A stretch of 64,000 nt of DNA from an uncultured Prevotellaceae bacterium (GTDB taxonomy: Bacteria > Bacteroidota > Bacteroidia > Bacteroidales > Bacteroidaceae), in assembly GCA_902764705.1 (NCBI GenBank), contig CACWWZ010000001.1:48859-112858 (forward strand), written 5' to 3'. A model generated the notes under the pieces. That model saw only the letters and a program-made list of their open reading frames with translations. It ran no database searches and was not told where the DNA came from. The translations under genes were made by a program, and so were the position numbers. This document shows, one piece after another, positions 29,884 to 39,310 of this stretch (position 1 is the first letter of the stretch; each line of letters starts with the position of its first letter).

Positions 29884-31068
29884 ATGAAGCGCAGTCATTC
29901 TTTCATTTTTAAATTTTTGAATTTTCACATTGTCGCCATATCTGTGGCGACGGTGTTGACGCTGTCGGGCTGTATCGAAGAATACAATGCGGACGTCCCG
30001 TCAGATGATTCCGATTTGCTCGTTGTCGAAGGTACGATATGTTCTTCCAAATTGAATAAGTTTATCCTGTCGCGTACGCAGCCCGTCAATTCTTACCACA
30101 CCCCCGAGAAAGTAACGGGAGCAAAGGTTTCTGTGCTTGGAAGTGACGGCTCTGAATATGTGATGGAGGAAAGCAACGACTGTTACTTATGCTGGATAGA
30201 TGCCCTCGCGCCTAATGTGGAATATCGTCTGCATATCGAGAGTGATGGTGAAACCTATGAATCTGTACCTCAGAAACCTCTTCGTACCGAGCCTATAGCT
30301 GAGGTGAACGTGCTGCAGGATACGCCGGAAAGTGATCTCGACGTGCTCGTCACCCCTGACGCTCCTTTCGATCCCGACAAGGTGAATTACTATTCGTGGA
30401 CATATGTAGAGACATGGGAGGTGCATCCTCAGTACACGACCGATATCTATTTCGACTTAAACACAAAGACACCAGTCTATGACCCCCACCAGTTCCCTGA
30501 GCGCGGTTGGAAAGATGTAACAGGCTCGGCGATTATGGTTGCTTCAAGCCTGAATTACGAAGGACAGCACATCCGGCAGTTGAAGCTCTACGACATTAGC
30601 CGTAGCAATGAACGCATGTATCACAAGTATAGCGGACTGGTACAACAGCGTGCCATTACGAAGGCTGAGTACGAGTACGAACTTGCACGCCGTCAGGCTG
30701 GTTCAGAAATGGGTGGTCTGTTCACTCCGTTACCGTCCGCCCTGCCTACCAATATCCATTGTCTCACGTCACAAAAGCACGTGATAGGATTTGTGGGTTG
30801 CTCGATAAATACGGCTGAATACAGGTTCTTCCTCTATCCGATGGATTACTCTATAGAATTTCCCAAACAATTTGATTCCCGCAAATGGCTTGACGATTGT
30901 AACGAAGAGGATTGCTGCCGTATGGTAGAAGATGAAGGCATGTTTCTGTGCGAATGGAATGATGAAAGATTCATGCCTGATGGTACGTTGCGAACGGCTT
31001 GGGCATACAAATATCAACTCGATGTTAGATTAAATGGTGCGTATATAGAACGACCTGATTTTTGGTAA
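29884..31068 (+). CDS. DUF4249-like lipoprotein
   Basis: LSGC-IEEY lipobox, LVVEGTI, GLFTPLPSALPTNIHC, VIGF; follows the receptor. Confidence 0.8.
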   Translation: MKRSHSFIFKFLNFHIVAISVATVLTLSGCIEEYNADVPSDDSDLLVVEGTICSSKLNKFILSRTQPVNSYHTPEKVTGAKVSVLGSDGSEYVMEESNDCYLCWIDALAPNVEYRLHIESDGETYESVPQKPLRTEPIAEVNVLQDTPESDLDVLVTPDAPFDPDKVNYYSWTYVETWEVHPQYTTDIYFDLNTKTPVYDPHQFPERGWKDVTGSAIMVASSLNYEGQHIRQLKLYDISRSNERMYHKYSGLVQQRAITKAEYEYELARRQAGSEMGGLFTPLPSALPTNIHCLTSQKHVIGFVGCSINTAEYRFFLYPMDYSIEFPKQFDSRKWLDDCNEEDCCRMVEDEGMFLCEWNDERFMPDGTLRTAWAYKYQLDVRLNGAYIERPDFW

Positions 31069-31074
31069 TTGAAG

Positions 31075-32328
31075 ATGAAGAATAAAATAATATCATTGAC
31101 TGCAACGATGGTGCTTGCCCTGAGTTCCGTTGCTGCGAATATTGAGACAGACCGCACGTGGTATCTTGCCGGTGAGGCGATGAAAGTCAGCGTGACTGAC
31201 GAGAGTGCCTTGATAGCATACGCAGAATTGTGTGATACGCATGGGCTGGCGGTAGGTGTTGTGGTAAGTCTTAAGAAAGGAAAGGGAACTGGCATTATCG
31301 AACTGCCTTCCAACCTGCATAGCGGATACTATGTGTTGTCCGTCTATACTCGCCATGATGTCCATGTCACTCATCAGTTGATCCCTGTTGTAAATGCTCT
31401 TCACAAAAGTGCAGACGACGATATTGAATGGGTGCCAGGTGATAGTTGTTGGGTGACAGGAGAAGGAGATGCCGGTCTGGTGAGCCAGAAGAATATCGAT
31501 GTGCGTGAGACGGAAGGTCATATCATCCAGGCACGTGTAAAGAATGTCTATGGCGGCAAGACCTTCAGGGGCAGTCAGATTTGTCCTTCCTTGAGTACTG
31601 TGGGGAAACAGATACATTATTTTGAGGGAAAGATGATCAATGACTCTATTGCAGTCTTCTACACCTTCGGCATTCATGGCAAACAACCGTTAGTGCTCTC
31701 TGCCATGTCATCCACAGGCGTGAGTCTGCCTATCGAGATGATCAGTCCCTTTGCCACCTTGATTCCTGCAAAACTTCCTCATCTGGTGTTCCATTACAAT
31801 CGCAGTGAGGTGGAAGCCCGCTCACTTGACATGCAGCGCCATCAGATTGCCATAACTCCTGCCAAGCGTGAATTGAAGTTGGGCGACTATGCTGACGATA
31901 CGGCAGTAGAGGGAGTTCCATTGGACTATGATGAAACTGTGTTTGGAAACAAGCCTGATATGACTTATAATCTTGACGAGTACCGTCAGTTTTTCACAAT
32001 AAGAGAAGTGCTGCTTGAATATGTGATGTACGTCAAGAAGGAGAAGATTGATGGTGTACAACGGCTCATTGTCCGTAAGGGAGATGAACACTACAATGAC
32101 ATATTGCCGACTCTGGTGCTAATCGACGGTATGCCTGTCAATGACATAGAACGACTCCTGAACTATGATGCTCGCCGTATTCACTATATCAACATCTATG
32201 GTGGTCAATACACATTCGGTGTTGGCATATATAATGGCATACTGTCGTTTATAACACGCTCCGGACGACTCACGAACTATCCTACCGAGCCCAATGTGCA
32301 GTATGTAGTGTATGAATTCCCTGAGTGA
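31075..32328 (+). CDS. Exported protein: MG2 (macroglobulin)-like N-domain plus TonB plug-like C-domain
   Basis: Signal peptide; ETDRTWYLAGE...LPSNLHSGYYVLSVYT; LVLIDGMPV...IHYINI...NGILSFITRSG. Confidence 0.7.
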   Translation: MKNKIISLTATMVLALSSVAANIETDRTWYLAGEAMKVSVTDESALIAYAELCDTHGLAVGVVVSLKKGKGTGIIELPSNLHSGYYVLSVYTRHDVHVTHQLIPVVNALHKSADDDIEWVPGDSCWVTGEGDAGLVSQKNIDVRETEGHIIQARVKNVYGGKTFRGSQICPSLSTVGKQIHYFEGKMINDSIAVFYTFGIHGKQPLVLSAMSSTGVSLPIEMISPFATLIPAKLPHLVFHYNRSEVEARSLDMQRHQIAITPAKRELKLGDYADDTAVEGVPLDYDETVFGNKPDMTYNLDEYRQFFTIREVLLEYVMYVKKEKIDGVQRLIVRKGDEHYNDILPTLVLIDGMPVNDIERLLNYDARRIHYINIYGGQYTFGVGIYNGILSFITRSGRLTNYPTEPNVQYVVYEFPE

Positions 32329-32340
32329 GGGGGAATGAAA

Positions 32341-32374
32341 AACCCCTGCTAGAGAAATCTCTGAGACAGGGGTT
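32341..32374. terminator. Hairpin between the convergent MG2-plug gene and tRNA-Phe
   Basis: AACCCCTG...CAGGGGTT; T-run follows on the minus strand. Confidence 0.6.
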
Positions 32375-32393
32375 CATAATGAAAGGAGGAAAG

Positions 32394-32466
32394 TGGTACC
32401 TCCAGGAATCGAACCGGGGACACACGGATTTTCAGTCCGATGCTCTACCAACTGAGCTAAGGGACC
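32394..32466 (-). tRNA. tRNA-Phe (GAA)
   Basis: GGTCCCTTAGCTCAGTTGGTAGAGCATCGGACTGAAAATCCGTGTGTCCCCGGTTCGATTCCTGGAGGTACCA; TACCTTTG promoter upstream. Confidence 0.95.
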
Positions 32467-32503
32467 GCTTTTGTTCTTTTGCGGGTGCAAAGGTACAACA
32501 AAT

Positions 32504-32537
32504 AAAATAATTGGCCAAACTTTTAGCCAATTATTTT
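32504..32537 (-). terminator. Inverted repeat, probable terminator of the sppA-thiL operon, overlapping the tRNA promoter
   Basis: AAAATAATTGGC-10nt-GCCAATTATTTT. Confidence 0.5.
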
Positions 32538-32592
32538 GCAGTTTTTAAGAAATTTCCCGGTTTTCTTACCTTTTACCCCTTACTTCTTACCT

Positions 32593-33672
32593 CTAAAGCG
32601 GCTGCCATCCTTGTGCTTTGAGTTCGAATTCCTGGTCGTCGCGAGTGACGAGGACGTGTCCGAGGCTCTCCTGGGTAATGTGTCCGATGAGATGGATGTC
32701 TTCTAGTTGCTGAATCTTCTCGTGGTCACCGATGGGAACTGTGAACAGCAGTTCGTAATCCTCACCGCCATTCAGGGCACAGGTGGTGACGTTCATGTTC
32801 AACTCTTCTGCCATCACTGCCGTCTGGTAGTCGATGGGAATCTGCTTTTCGAAGATGCGGCAACCCACGTGGCTCTGTTTGCAGATATGCATCAGTTCGC
32901 TGGAGAGTCCGTCGGAGATGTCCATCATAGCCGTGGGACGGATGCCTGCCTCGCGCAGACGCTGGATGATGTCGCCACGGGCCTCGGTCTTCAGCTGGCG
33001 CTGTAGGAGGTATTCCTTGCCGGCAAAATCAGGTTGGAATTCGGGAACTGCCCCAGCGACAGAACCGTTGGGTACACTACCAGTGGCAGTTTTGCGCTTG
33101 GCTTCTTCCACCATTTGGTAATACACGGTTTTTTCGCGTTCGAGGAGCTGCAGGCCCATATAGGCTGCACCGAGGTCACCGCTGACGCAGACAAGATCGG
33201 TTTCCTTAGCGCCGTTGCGATAGACGATGTCCTCCTTGCGGGCCTCGCCGATACAGGAAATCGAAATAGCTAGTCCGGTATATGAAGAGGTGGTGTCACC
33301 ACCTACGATGTCGACGCCCCACTTGTCGCATGCCATGCGCAGTCCGCTGTAGAACTGCTCCATGTCTTCCACTGTGAATCGCTTGCTGAGTGCCAGCGAG
33401 ACTGTCATCTGTCGTGGGGTGCCGTTCATGGCGAAGATGTCGCTGATGTTGACCATCGCCGATTTCCAGCCTAGATGCTGCAGGTCGATGTAGGTCAAAT
33501 CGAAGTGGACGCCCTCCATGAGCATGTCGGTGGTGACGAGCACTTCTGTGTCAGGATAGTGAAGTACGGCGCAGTCATCGCCTACGCCGTACTTTGTTGA
33601 TTCGTTTTGGGGCTTGATGTCCTGCGTGAGGCGGTCTATCAACCCGAATTCTCCTAAGGATGCTATTTCCAT
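32593..33672 (-). CDS. thiL: Thiamine-monophosphate kinase
   Basis: GEFGLI, GDDCAV, EGVHF, NISDIFAM, GGDT, DISDGL, GGEDYELLFT. Confidence 0.96.
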   Translation of the reverse strand: MEIASLGEFGLIDRLTQDIKPQNESTKYGVGDDCAVLHYPDTEVLVTTDMLMEGVHFDLTYIDLQHLGWKSAMVNISDIFAMNGTPRQMTVSLALSKRFTVEDMEQFYSGLRMACDKWGVDIVGGDTTSSYTGLAISISCIGEARKEDIVYRNGAKETDLVCVSGDLGAAYMGLQLLEREKTVYYQMVEEAKRKTATGSVPNGSVAGAVPEFQPDFAGKEYLLQRQLKTEARGDIIQRLREAGIRPTAMMDISDGLSSELMHICKQSHVGCRIFEKQIPIDYQTAVMAEELNMNVTTCALNGGEDYELLFTVPIGDHEKIQQLEDIHLIGHITQESLGHVLVTRDDQEFELKAQGWQPL

Positions 33673-34535
33673 TCTTTTGTTGGATGATCTTGATTGTATT
33701 TTTCTTTGGAGGTGCTTTCTACCTTCTCAGAGCGGATAATCATTTCACGCATGATTTCCGTCATCAGCGGCTGAGCCTTGTCGGCAGCCTCCTGAACCTC
33801 TTCGTGGCTTACCTCGACAGGACTGTCGAAGCCGCCCAGGTCGGTAACAACACTGATACCGAAGGTACGGATGCCGCAGTGGTGGGCTACGATGACCTCA
33901 GGAACTGTCGACATGCCGACGGTGTCGCCACCCAGTGTGCGATACATCTTATATTCTGCGGGAGTCTCGAACGTAGGACCAGTCGTGCCGACATAGACAC
34001 CGTAAACCAGACGGATTTTCTTCTCCTTGGCAATTTGTGTGGCCAGATTGATCAGTTCGTGGTCGTAAGCCTCGTGCATGTCAGGAAAACGGGGACCGGT
34101 TGGGAAGTTCTTGCCACGCAGCGGATGCTCGGGGAAGAAATTGATGTGGTCGGTGATAACCATTAAATCGCCAATCTTAAAGGCTGGATTCATGCCACCG
34201 GCGGCATTCGATACAAAGAGCGTCTTGATGCCCAGCTCGTACATGACACGAACGGGGAATGTGACTTCCTTCATATTGTAACCCTCATAGTAGTGAAAAC
34301 GGCCTTGCATGGCCATGATGTCGATACCGCCCAGTTTTCCGAAAATGAGAGCGCCAGCGTGCCCTTCTACGGTAGAAACGGGGAAGTTGGGAATGTCTTT
34401 GTAGGGGATTTCCAGTTTGTCAGTTATTTCTGAAGCTAATTGTCCGAGGCCTGTCCCCAGAATAATTGCCGTTGTCGGACTTGTTGTCATCTTTGCTTTT
34501 AGCCAAGATGCTGTTTCTTGAATTTTTTCGTACAT
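33663..34535 (-). CDS. punA: Purine nucleoside phosphorylase (trimeric type)
   Basis: IILGTGLG, GRFHYYEG, NAAGG, GPTFETPAE, VGMSTVPE. Confidence 0.93.
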   Translation of the reverse strand: MYEKIQETASWLKAKMTTSPTTAIILGTGLGQLASEITDKLEIPYKDIPNFPVSTVEGHAGALIFGKLGGIDIMAMQGRFHYYEGYNMKEVTFPVRVMYELGIKTLFVSNAAGGMNPAFKIGDLMVITDHINFFPEHPLRGKNFPTGPRFPDMHEAYDHELINLATQIAKEKKIRLVYGVYVGTTGPTFETPAEYKMYRTLGGDTVGMSTVPEVIVAHHCGIRTFGISVVTDLGGFDSPVEVSHEEVQEAADKAQPLMTEIMREMIIRSEKVESTSKEKYNQDHPTKEWK

Positions 34536-35595
34536 AGCCTATAATTTGTTGGTTAAACATTTCTTCCTGATCCTGCATAATTTTTACACGGACAGGCAAT
34601 ACATAAAGGTTTTTCTTGATTTCGTCGCTTAGTTCCTTGGAATCCTTCAGGCGCGTCATGTCTTTCTCGGTAGTGATGATGCACTTGGGCGATGGCATGT
34701 CCTTGAAGGTTTCATTGATGAGTTGGATGTCCTTCTTGCTGAACTGGTGGTGGTCAGTGAAGGTCAGTGGAGTAAGGTCGTCAATGATGGGTGACAAGTC
34801 ATGCTCCAGTTGCTGGGGCGAACCGATACCTGTCAACAACAGGGTGTGATAGTCCTTCAAATCGGTCAGTTGCTGAATCTTTGCATGCTGGGAGTCTGGG
34901 AACATCGCACGGAGGTTGTCGTATTCGAGGGTGGAGAAGAAAAGCCGCTGATAGGGGTAGAGACTCATGGCCTTGGTGATAACACGATATTCCATGGGCT
35001 TCAACTCCTTGGGACATTTGGTCACAATGACGATGTCTGCACGATCCTTGCCCCGTAACGGCTCACGGAGTCGTCCGGCGGGCAACAGGGTGTCGTAGAT
35101 AATCAGGCGGTGATAATCCACCAGCAGAATATTGATGCCAGGTTTGACATAGCGGTGTTGGAAAGCATCGTCGAGCAGGACGACATCCAGTTTGCTGTCG
35201 TTTTCGACAAGACAGTCTATTCCATGACAGCGCTTCTTGTCGACGGCAATGGTGACGTTCTTGAATTTCTGCTTCATTTGGTAGGGCTCGTCACCAATCA
35301 TGCGCATAGGAGTGTCAGCGTTGGCAATGATGAAGCCTTTGCTGTTGCGTTTATAGCCGCGGCTCAATACGGCCACCTTGAACGAGTCTTTCAATACGCT
35401 GACCAGATACTCCACATGGGGTGTCTTGCCTGTGCCGCCTACCGTGATGTTACCCACAGCAATGACGGGAACCTGGAAGGAACGCGATTTCAATACCCCT
35501 GTTTCAAACAGCAGGTTGCGCAGCTTAACGCCCACTCCGTAGCACCAACTCAGGGGCAGTAGCCACTTGTTGATCTTGATGAAATCGCCTTCCAC
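34420..35595 (-). CDS. lpxK: Tetraacyldisaccharide 4'-kinase
   Basis: VGNITVGGTGKTP, SRGY, GDEP, DDAFQH, PAGRLRE, TTEKD. Confidence 0.96.
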   Translation of the reverse strand: MEGDFIKINKWLLPLSWCYGVGVKLRNLLFETGVLKSRSFQVPVIAVGNITVGGTGKTPHVEYLVSVLKDSFKVAVLSRGYKRNSKGFIIANADTPMRMIGDEPYQMKQKFKNVTIAVDKKRCHGIDCLVENDSKLDVVLLDDAFQHRYVKPGINILLVDYHRLIIYDTLLPAGRLREPLRGKDRADIVIVTKCPKELKPMEYRVITKAMSLYPYQRLFFSTLEYDNLRAMFPDSQHAKIQQLTDLKDYHTLLLTGIGSPQQLEHDLSPIIDDLTPLTFTDHHQFSKKDIQLINETFKDMPSPKCIITTEKDMTRLKDSKELSDEIKKNLYVLPVRVKIMQDQEEMFNQQIIGYVRKNSRNSILAKSKDDNKSDNGNYSGDRPRTISFRNN

Positions 35596-35603
35596 GATAC
35601 TCT

Positions 35604-37379
35604 TTACTTAATATTTAAATAGTACGGCAGACGGGCCTGGATGGCATTCTGGCGGTTCATGTTCTTGACGAACTTGAACGGCTCGTAGTATTCACCCATG
35701 GTTTCTTTGAGCTGTGCGTCCAGATAGCTGCCCTTGGAATCCATGCTGCTCATCAAATCCTCCCACCAGCTGGCTTCCTCAGGATAGTTGGTGGCATGGT
35801 ACTGATCGAGCTTAGCCAGTTTTGCTGCCTTTTCAATAGCTTTGTCAAGACCGCCAATTTCGTCGACGAGCTTGATTTTCAGAGCGTCGTTACCCAGCCA
35901 TACACGTCCCTGGGCAATCTCCTCGATTTGCTCTACCGACTGTTTGCGTCCGTCGGCTACACGCTTACGGAACAGCTCATAGCCACGGCCAATGTATTTT
36001 TCAAGCAGCGACATCTCCTCGGCATTGAATGGACGTGCCATCGTGCCGAAAGCGGCAAACTTATTAGTCTTCACCTCGTCGAACTTGACACCCAGCTTAT
36101 CCGTTAGCAGACCGCTGAAGTCGGGGAACATGCCGAAGATACCGATAGAACCTGTGATGGTGGTAGGCTCAGAATAAATGTAGTTGGCTGCACAGCTGAT
36201 GTAGTATCCGCCCGATGCAGCATATCCGCCCATGGAAACCACAACGGGTTTCTTGGCTTTGAGGTTCGTCACGGAACGCCAGATCTGTTCAGAAGCATAG
36301 GCAGAACCGCCAGGAGAGTTGACGCGCAATACGACAGCCTTGACATCGTCGTCCTTGGCCAGACGCTCCAGGTCCTTGCAGACGGTATTGGCCACGATGC
36401 TGTGTTCGCTCGATGCCAGTCCACCCGTTTCGGAGTCGACGATATCACCGTAGGCATAGTAGACAGCCACCTGGTCGCCTTCCTCTTTATTGCCCTTGAC
36501 ACCTTCCATGTCAGCCAGTGTCAACTGCTTCACGTCGTCTTTTTCGTCGGCCTTCAGCATCTTGTTGATCTCCACCTTCACCTCGTCGGTGTAGATCAGC
36601 TTGTCAACCATCTTCAGTTTCACGTATTCTGCGGGCTCGCTCAATGTGATGAAACGGTCGGCATAGGCATTCAGTGAGTCTACGGGAATCTTGCGGCTGT
36701 CGGAAACGTCTTTTAGCATGACGTTCCAGATGCCGGTAATATAGGCTGTCACCTGTTCGCGGTTGGGCTCGCTCATGCCATCGGCAGTCATCATTTCAGG
36801 GGCACTCTTGTATTTGCCTACCTTGCAGAGCTGGTATTTTACACCAAACTTAGCCAACAGGTCCTTCACGAAATACGGGTTGGAGGCCAGTCCGTGCCAG
36901 TCGATCATACCCTGAGGATTCAGGAAAACCTTGTCGGCTACACTACATATATAATAGGTGGTCTGCTCGTAGCTGTCGGCATAGGCCACAATCCATTTGC
37001 CGCTCTTCTTGAAGTCGAGCAGGGCTTCGCGTATGGCGTGTGCTGAGGCGGGGGTGTCCGACGAGAACAGGCCAGCCTCGATGTAGATACCCTTGATGTT
37101 TTCGTTCTCCTTGGCTTTACCAATGGCACTGACGATGTTGTCCAAGCCCAGGTTTTCGCTGACCTGACCAGTCAGTTTCGCGATGGGGTCGTCAGCCGTG
37201 CGCTCGTTCAGTTGTCCAGAGAGCATCAGTGTGAAAACAGAGTTATCCTCAACATTGGTTGTGCTGGCACTCGACGCAGCAAGACCTACCAGTGATATCA
37301 CTGACAGGATTCCCATGATAATCGTTACCAGAATGATGCCTGTAACGGTTGCCAAAACGTATTTCAGGAATTCTTTCAT
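35604..37379 (-). CDS. sppA: Signal peptide peptidase SppA (67K type)
   Basis: GKYKSAPE, RVNSPGGS, AASGGYYIS, TGSIG. Confidence 0.96.
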   Translation of the reverse strand: MKEFLKYVLATVTGIILVTIIMGILSVISLVGLAASSASTTNVEDNSVFTLMLSGQLNERTADDPIAKLTGQVSENLGLDNIVSAIGKAKENENIKGIYIEAGLFSSDTPASAHAIREALLDFKKSGKWIVAYADSYEQTTYYICSVADKVFLNPQGMIDWHGLASNPYFVKDLLAKFGVKYQLCKVGKYKSAPEMMTADGMSEPNREQVTAYITGIWNVMLKDVSDSRKIPVDSLNAYADRFITLSEPAEYVKLKMVDKLIYTDEVKVEINKMLKADEKDDVKQLTLADMEGVKGNKEEGDQVAVYYAYGDIVDSETGGLASSEHSIVANTVCKDLERLAKDDDVKAVVLRVNSPGGSAYASEQIWRSVTNLKAKKPVVVSMGGYAASGGYYISCAANYIYSEPTTITGSIGIFGMFPDFSGLLTDKLGVKFDEVKTNKFAAFGTMARPFNAEEMSLLEKYIGRGYELFRKRVADGRKQSVEQIEEIAQGRVWLGNDALKIKLVDEIGGLDKAIEKAAKLAKLDQYHATNYPEEASWWEDLMSSMDSKGSYLDAQLKETMGEYYEPFKFVKNMNRQNAIQARLPYYLNIK

Positions 37380-37481
37380 AATTGATTATAGTTTGATGAA
37401 ATTTGCAATACCTTGATAATATTTTGCAAAGATACGAAATAGAATGTAAATCGCAAAATATTTTTATTTTTTTTACCTTTT

Positions 37482-38576
37482 TTACTCTTTTGCCTTTTTT
37501 ACCTTTTTATTATTTATCACGTATCGTTGATAATAAGTGATGAGCAGTGTCGTCATGGGCAGTGCGATAACCATTCCCAAAATGCCCAACAATGAACCCC
37601 AGATGGAGAGCGACAACAGTATAATGGCCGAGTTGAGCCCCATGACGTGTCCCATGATTTTGGGTGTCAGGATGGTGTCCTGGATAATCTGTACGACGGC
37701 AAACACGATGAGCACCCCCAGCATGATGAGCCAGAAGCTCTGTCCCGTATCGGCTGCTTTCACCACCGCGAGAAGAATGGCAGGAATGAAACCGATGAGT
37801 TGCAGATAGGGTACCATATTGAGCAGTCCGATGAACATGCCCAGTCCGATGGCCATGGGGAAGTCAATGATGAGGAATCCGATGCTGAACAGCACACCGA
37901 CGCAGAATGCTACTAGACCTTGTCCGCGGAAGTATAGGTTCATGCCCTGTCCCACGTCCATCACCAGTTTCTGGGCAAAGTTACGATAGCGCTCGGGCAG
38001 GAACGACACCCAACCCTCCGACATCTCCTCGTAGTCCAACAGGATGAACAGCGTGTAGATGAGCACCATCGTCAGCGATACCATGCTCGACACAATGCTC
38101 AGTGACTGGGTAATCATGTCCCATATTTTGGGCACACTATCTTTGATGGTGTCGATGAAACCCTCCTGGGTGATGAGCGCTTTTACGTCATTCATGGTGA
38201 AGTGTTCGTGGATGAAATCTTCTAACATGTCGGGAATGTTCGACTTGTTGACGTTGCTGGTAATGTATTCCACTACCAGCTCTTGCACACGCATACCTTC
38301 TTCAATCATCGGGGGAATCATCAGCAGGAAGATACCGGTCAGTGCCAGTCCCACTACCAGGAACGAACACAGAATGCCGGCAATGCGGTATTTCAGATGA
38401 CAGCGGTATTGGAAGAATTTTACCAATGGGAATAGCAGGTAAGCTACCAGCCACGCCAGGAAGAATGGCAGCAATACACCGCTGAGCCTGTTCAACAACA
38501 TGATGATGGCTGCTACGATAACAACGGCCAGAAAACCACGTGCAAAACTGTCAAATGTTATTTTCTTTTGTTCCAT
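37482..38576 (-). CDS. AI-2E family transporter
   Basis: Polytopic; PFFLAWLVAYLLFP, YFRGQ, GLLNMVPY, LTPKIMG; ATG at 38576. Confidence 0.9.
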   Translation of the reverse strand: MEQKKITFDSFARGFLAVVIVAAIIMLLNRLSGVLLPFFLAWLVAYLLFPLVKFFQYRCHLKYRIAGILCSFLVVGLALTGIFLLMIPPMIEEGMRVQELVVEYITSNVNKSNIPDMLEDFIHEHFTMNDVKALITQEGFIDTIKDSVPKIWDMITQSLSIVSSMVSLTMVLIYTLFILLDYEEMSEGWVSFLPERYRNFAQKLVMDVGQGMNLYFRGQGLVAFCVGVLFSIGFLIIDFPMAIGLGMFIGLLNMVPYLQLIGFIPAILLAVVKAADTGQSFWLIMLGVLIVFAVVQIIQDTILTPKIMGHVMGLNSAIILLSLSIWGSLLGILGMVIALPMTTLLITYYQRYVINNKKVKKAKE

Positions 38577-38644
38577 GCTGCAAAGATAGTGCAAAAATTT
38601 GATATAAACGATGAAAATTAATAATTATTTTCTAACTTTGCACC
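38577..38644. promoter_or_regulatory. Back-to-back Bacteroidota sigmaA promoters, each 4 nt from a start codon
   Basis: TATCTTTG-CAGC-ATG on the minus strand; TAACTTTG-CACC-ATG on the plus strand. Confidence 0.7.
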
Positions 38645-39310
38645 ATGATTATCGAACCCATTGCATTTTTCCGCTCTCCGCTGACCTCCAAATTCGGAGT
38701 CCCGCGTCAGAGTGGCATCGTCAGTCAGTTGCCGGGACGCATTGAGTTCGTGGCACCTTATACCCAGCCAGAAGCCTTGCGCGGTATGGAGGAATACGAC
38801 TTTCTGTGGCTCATTTGGGGTTTTTCGGAAAATGTCGGTGCCGACAAGCACCCCACCGTACGGCCTCCTTTGCTGGGCGGCAACGAGCGGGTAGGAGTGT
38901 GGGCCACGCGTTCTCCCTTCCGGCCAAACAATCTGGGGCTCTCGTCGGTTCGTATCCGTCGTGTGCTGGCCGACGAAGCAGTTATTGAAGTGCTGGGCGC
39001 CGATCTGATGGACGGCACCCCCATCTACGACGTCAAACCCTATCTGCCTTATGTCGATAGCCATGCTGAGGCCCGTGGCGGATTCTCCGACCGGCATTCT
39101 TGGCAACGCCTTGAGGTAGAGATGGATAGCCGATTTTTCATGCTGTTCAGCGAAGCAGACTTGCAGGTGCTGAAGGACGTGCTGTCGCTTGATCCCCGTC
39201 CTCACTATCACGATGACGACCAACGGGAATATGGCATGCCTTTCATGGGATGTGACGTCCGCTTCCGTGTAGCCGACGGCGTCCTCCACGTTACTTCCAT
39301 TGAATGTTGA
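38645..39310 (+). CDS. tsaA: tRNA t6A37 N6-methyltransferase TsaA/TrmO
   Basis: KFGVPRQSG, VRPP, GVWATRSPFRPN, DLMDGTPIYDVKPY. Confidence 0.93.
   Translation: MIIEPIAFFRSPLTSKFGVPRQSGIVSQLPGRIEFVAPYTQPEALRGMEEYDFLWLIWGFSENVGADKHPTVRPPLLGGNERVGVWATRSPFRPNNLGLSSVRIRRVLADEAVIEVLGADLMDGTPIYDVKPYLPYVDSHAEARGGFSDRHSWQRLEVEMDSRFFMLFSEADLQVLKDVLSLDPRPHYHDDDQREYGMPFMGCDVRFRVADGVLHVTSIEC

Noticed and set aside
26700-32400. Integrative island at tRNA-Phe
   Set aside because: No integrase and no duplicated tRNA 3' end found by eye at the left boundary; composition shift not quantified
32325-32510. 61-aa ORF
   Set aside because: Antisense to tRNA-Phe
32504-32537. Invertible promoter at tRNA-Phe
   Set aside because: The repeats enclose only 10 bp and no recombinase is nearby; a terminator is the simpler reading
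34420-34535. 116-bp overlap of lpxK with the PNP gene
   Set aside because: Probably a simple C-terminal run-on; both genes look intact
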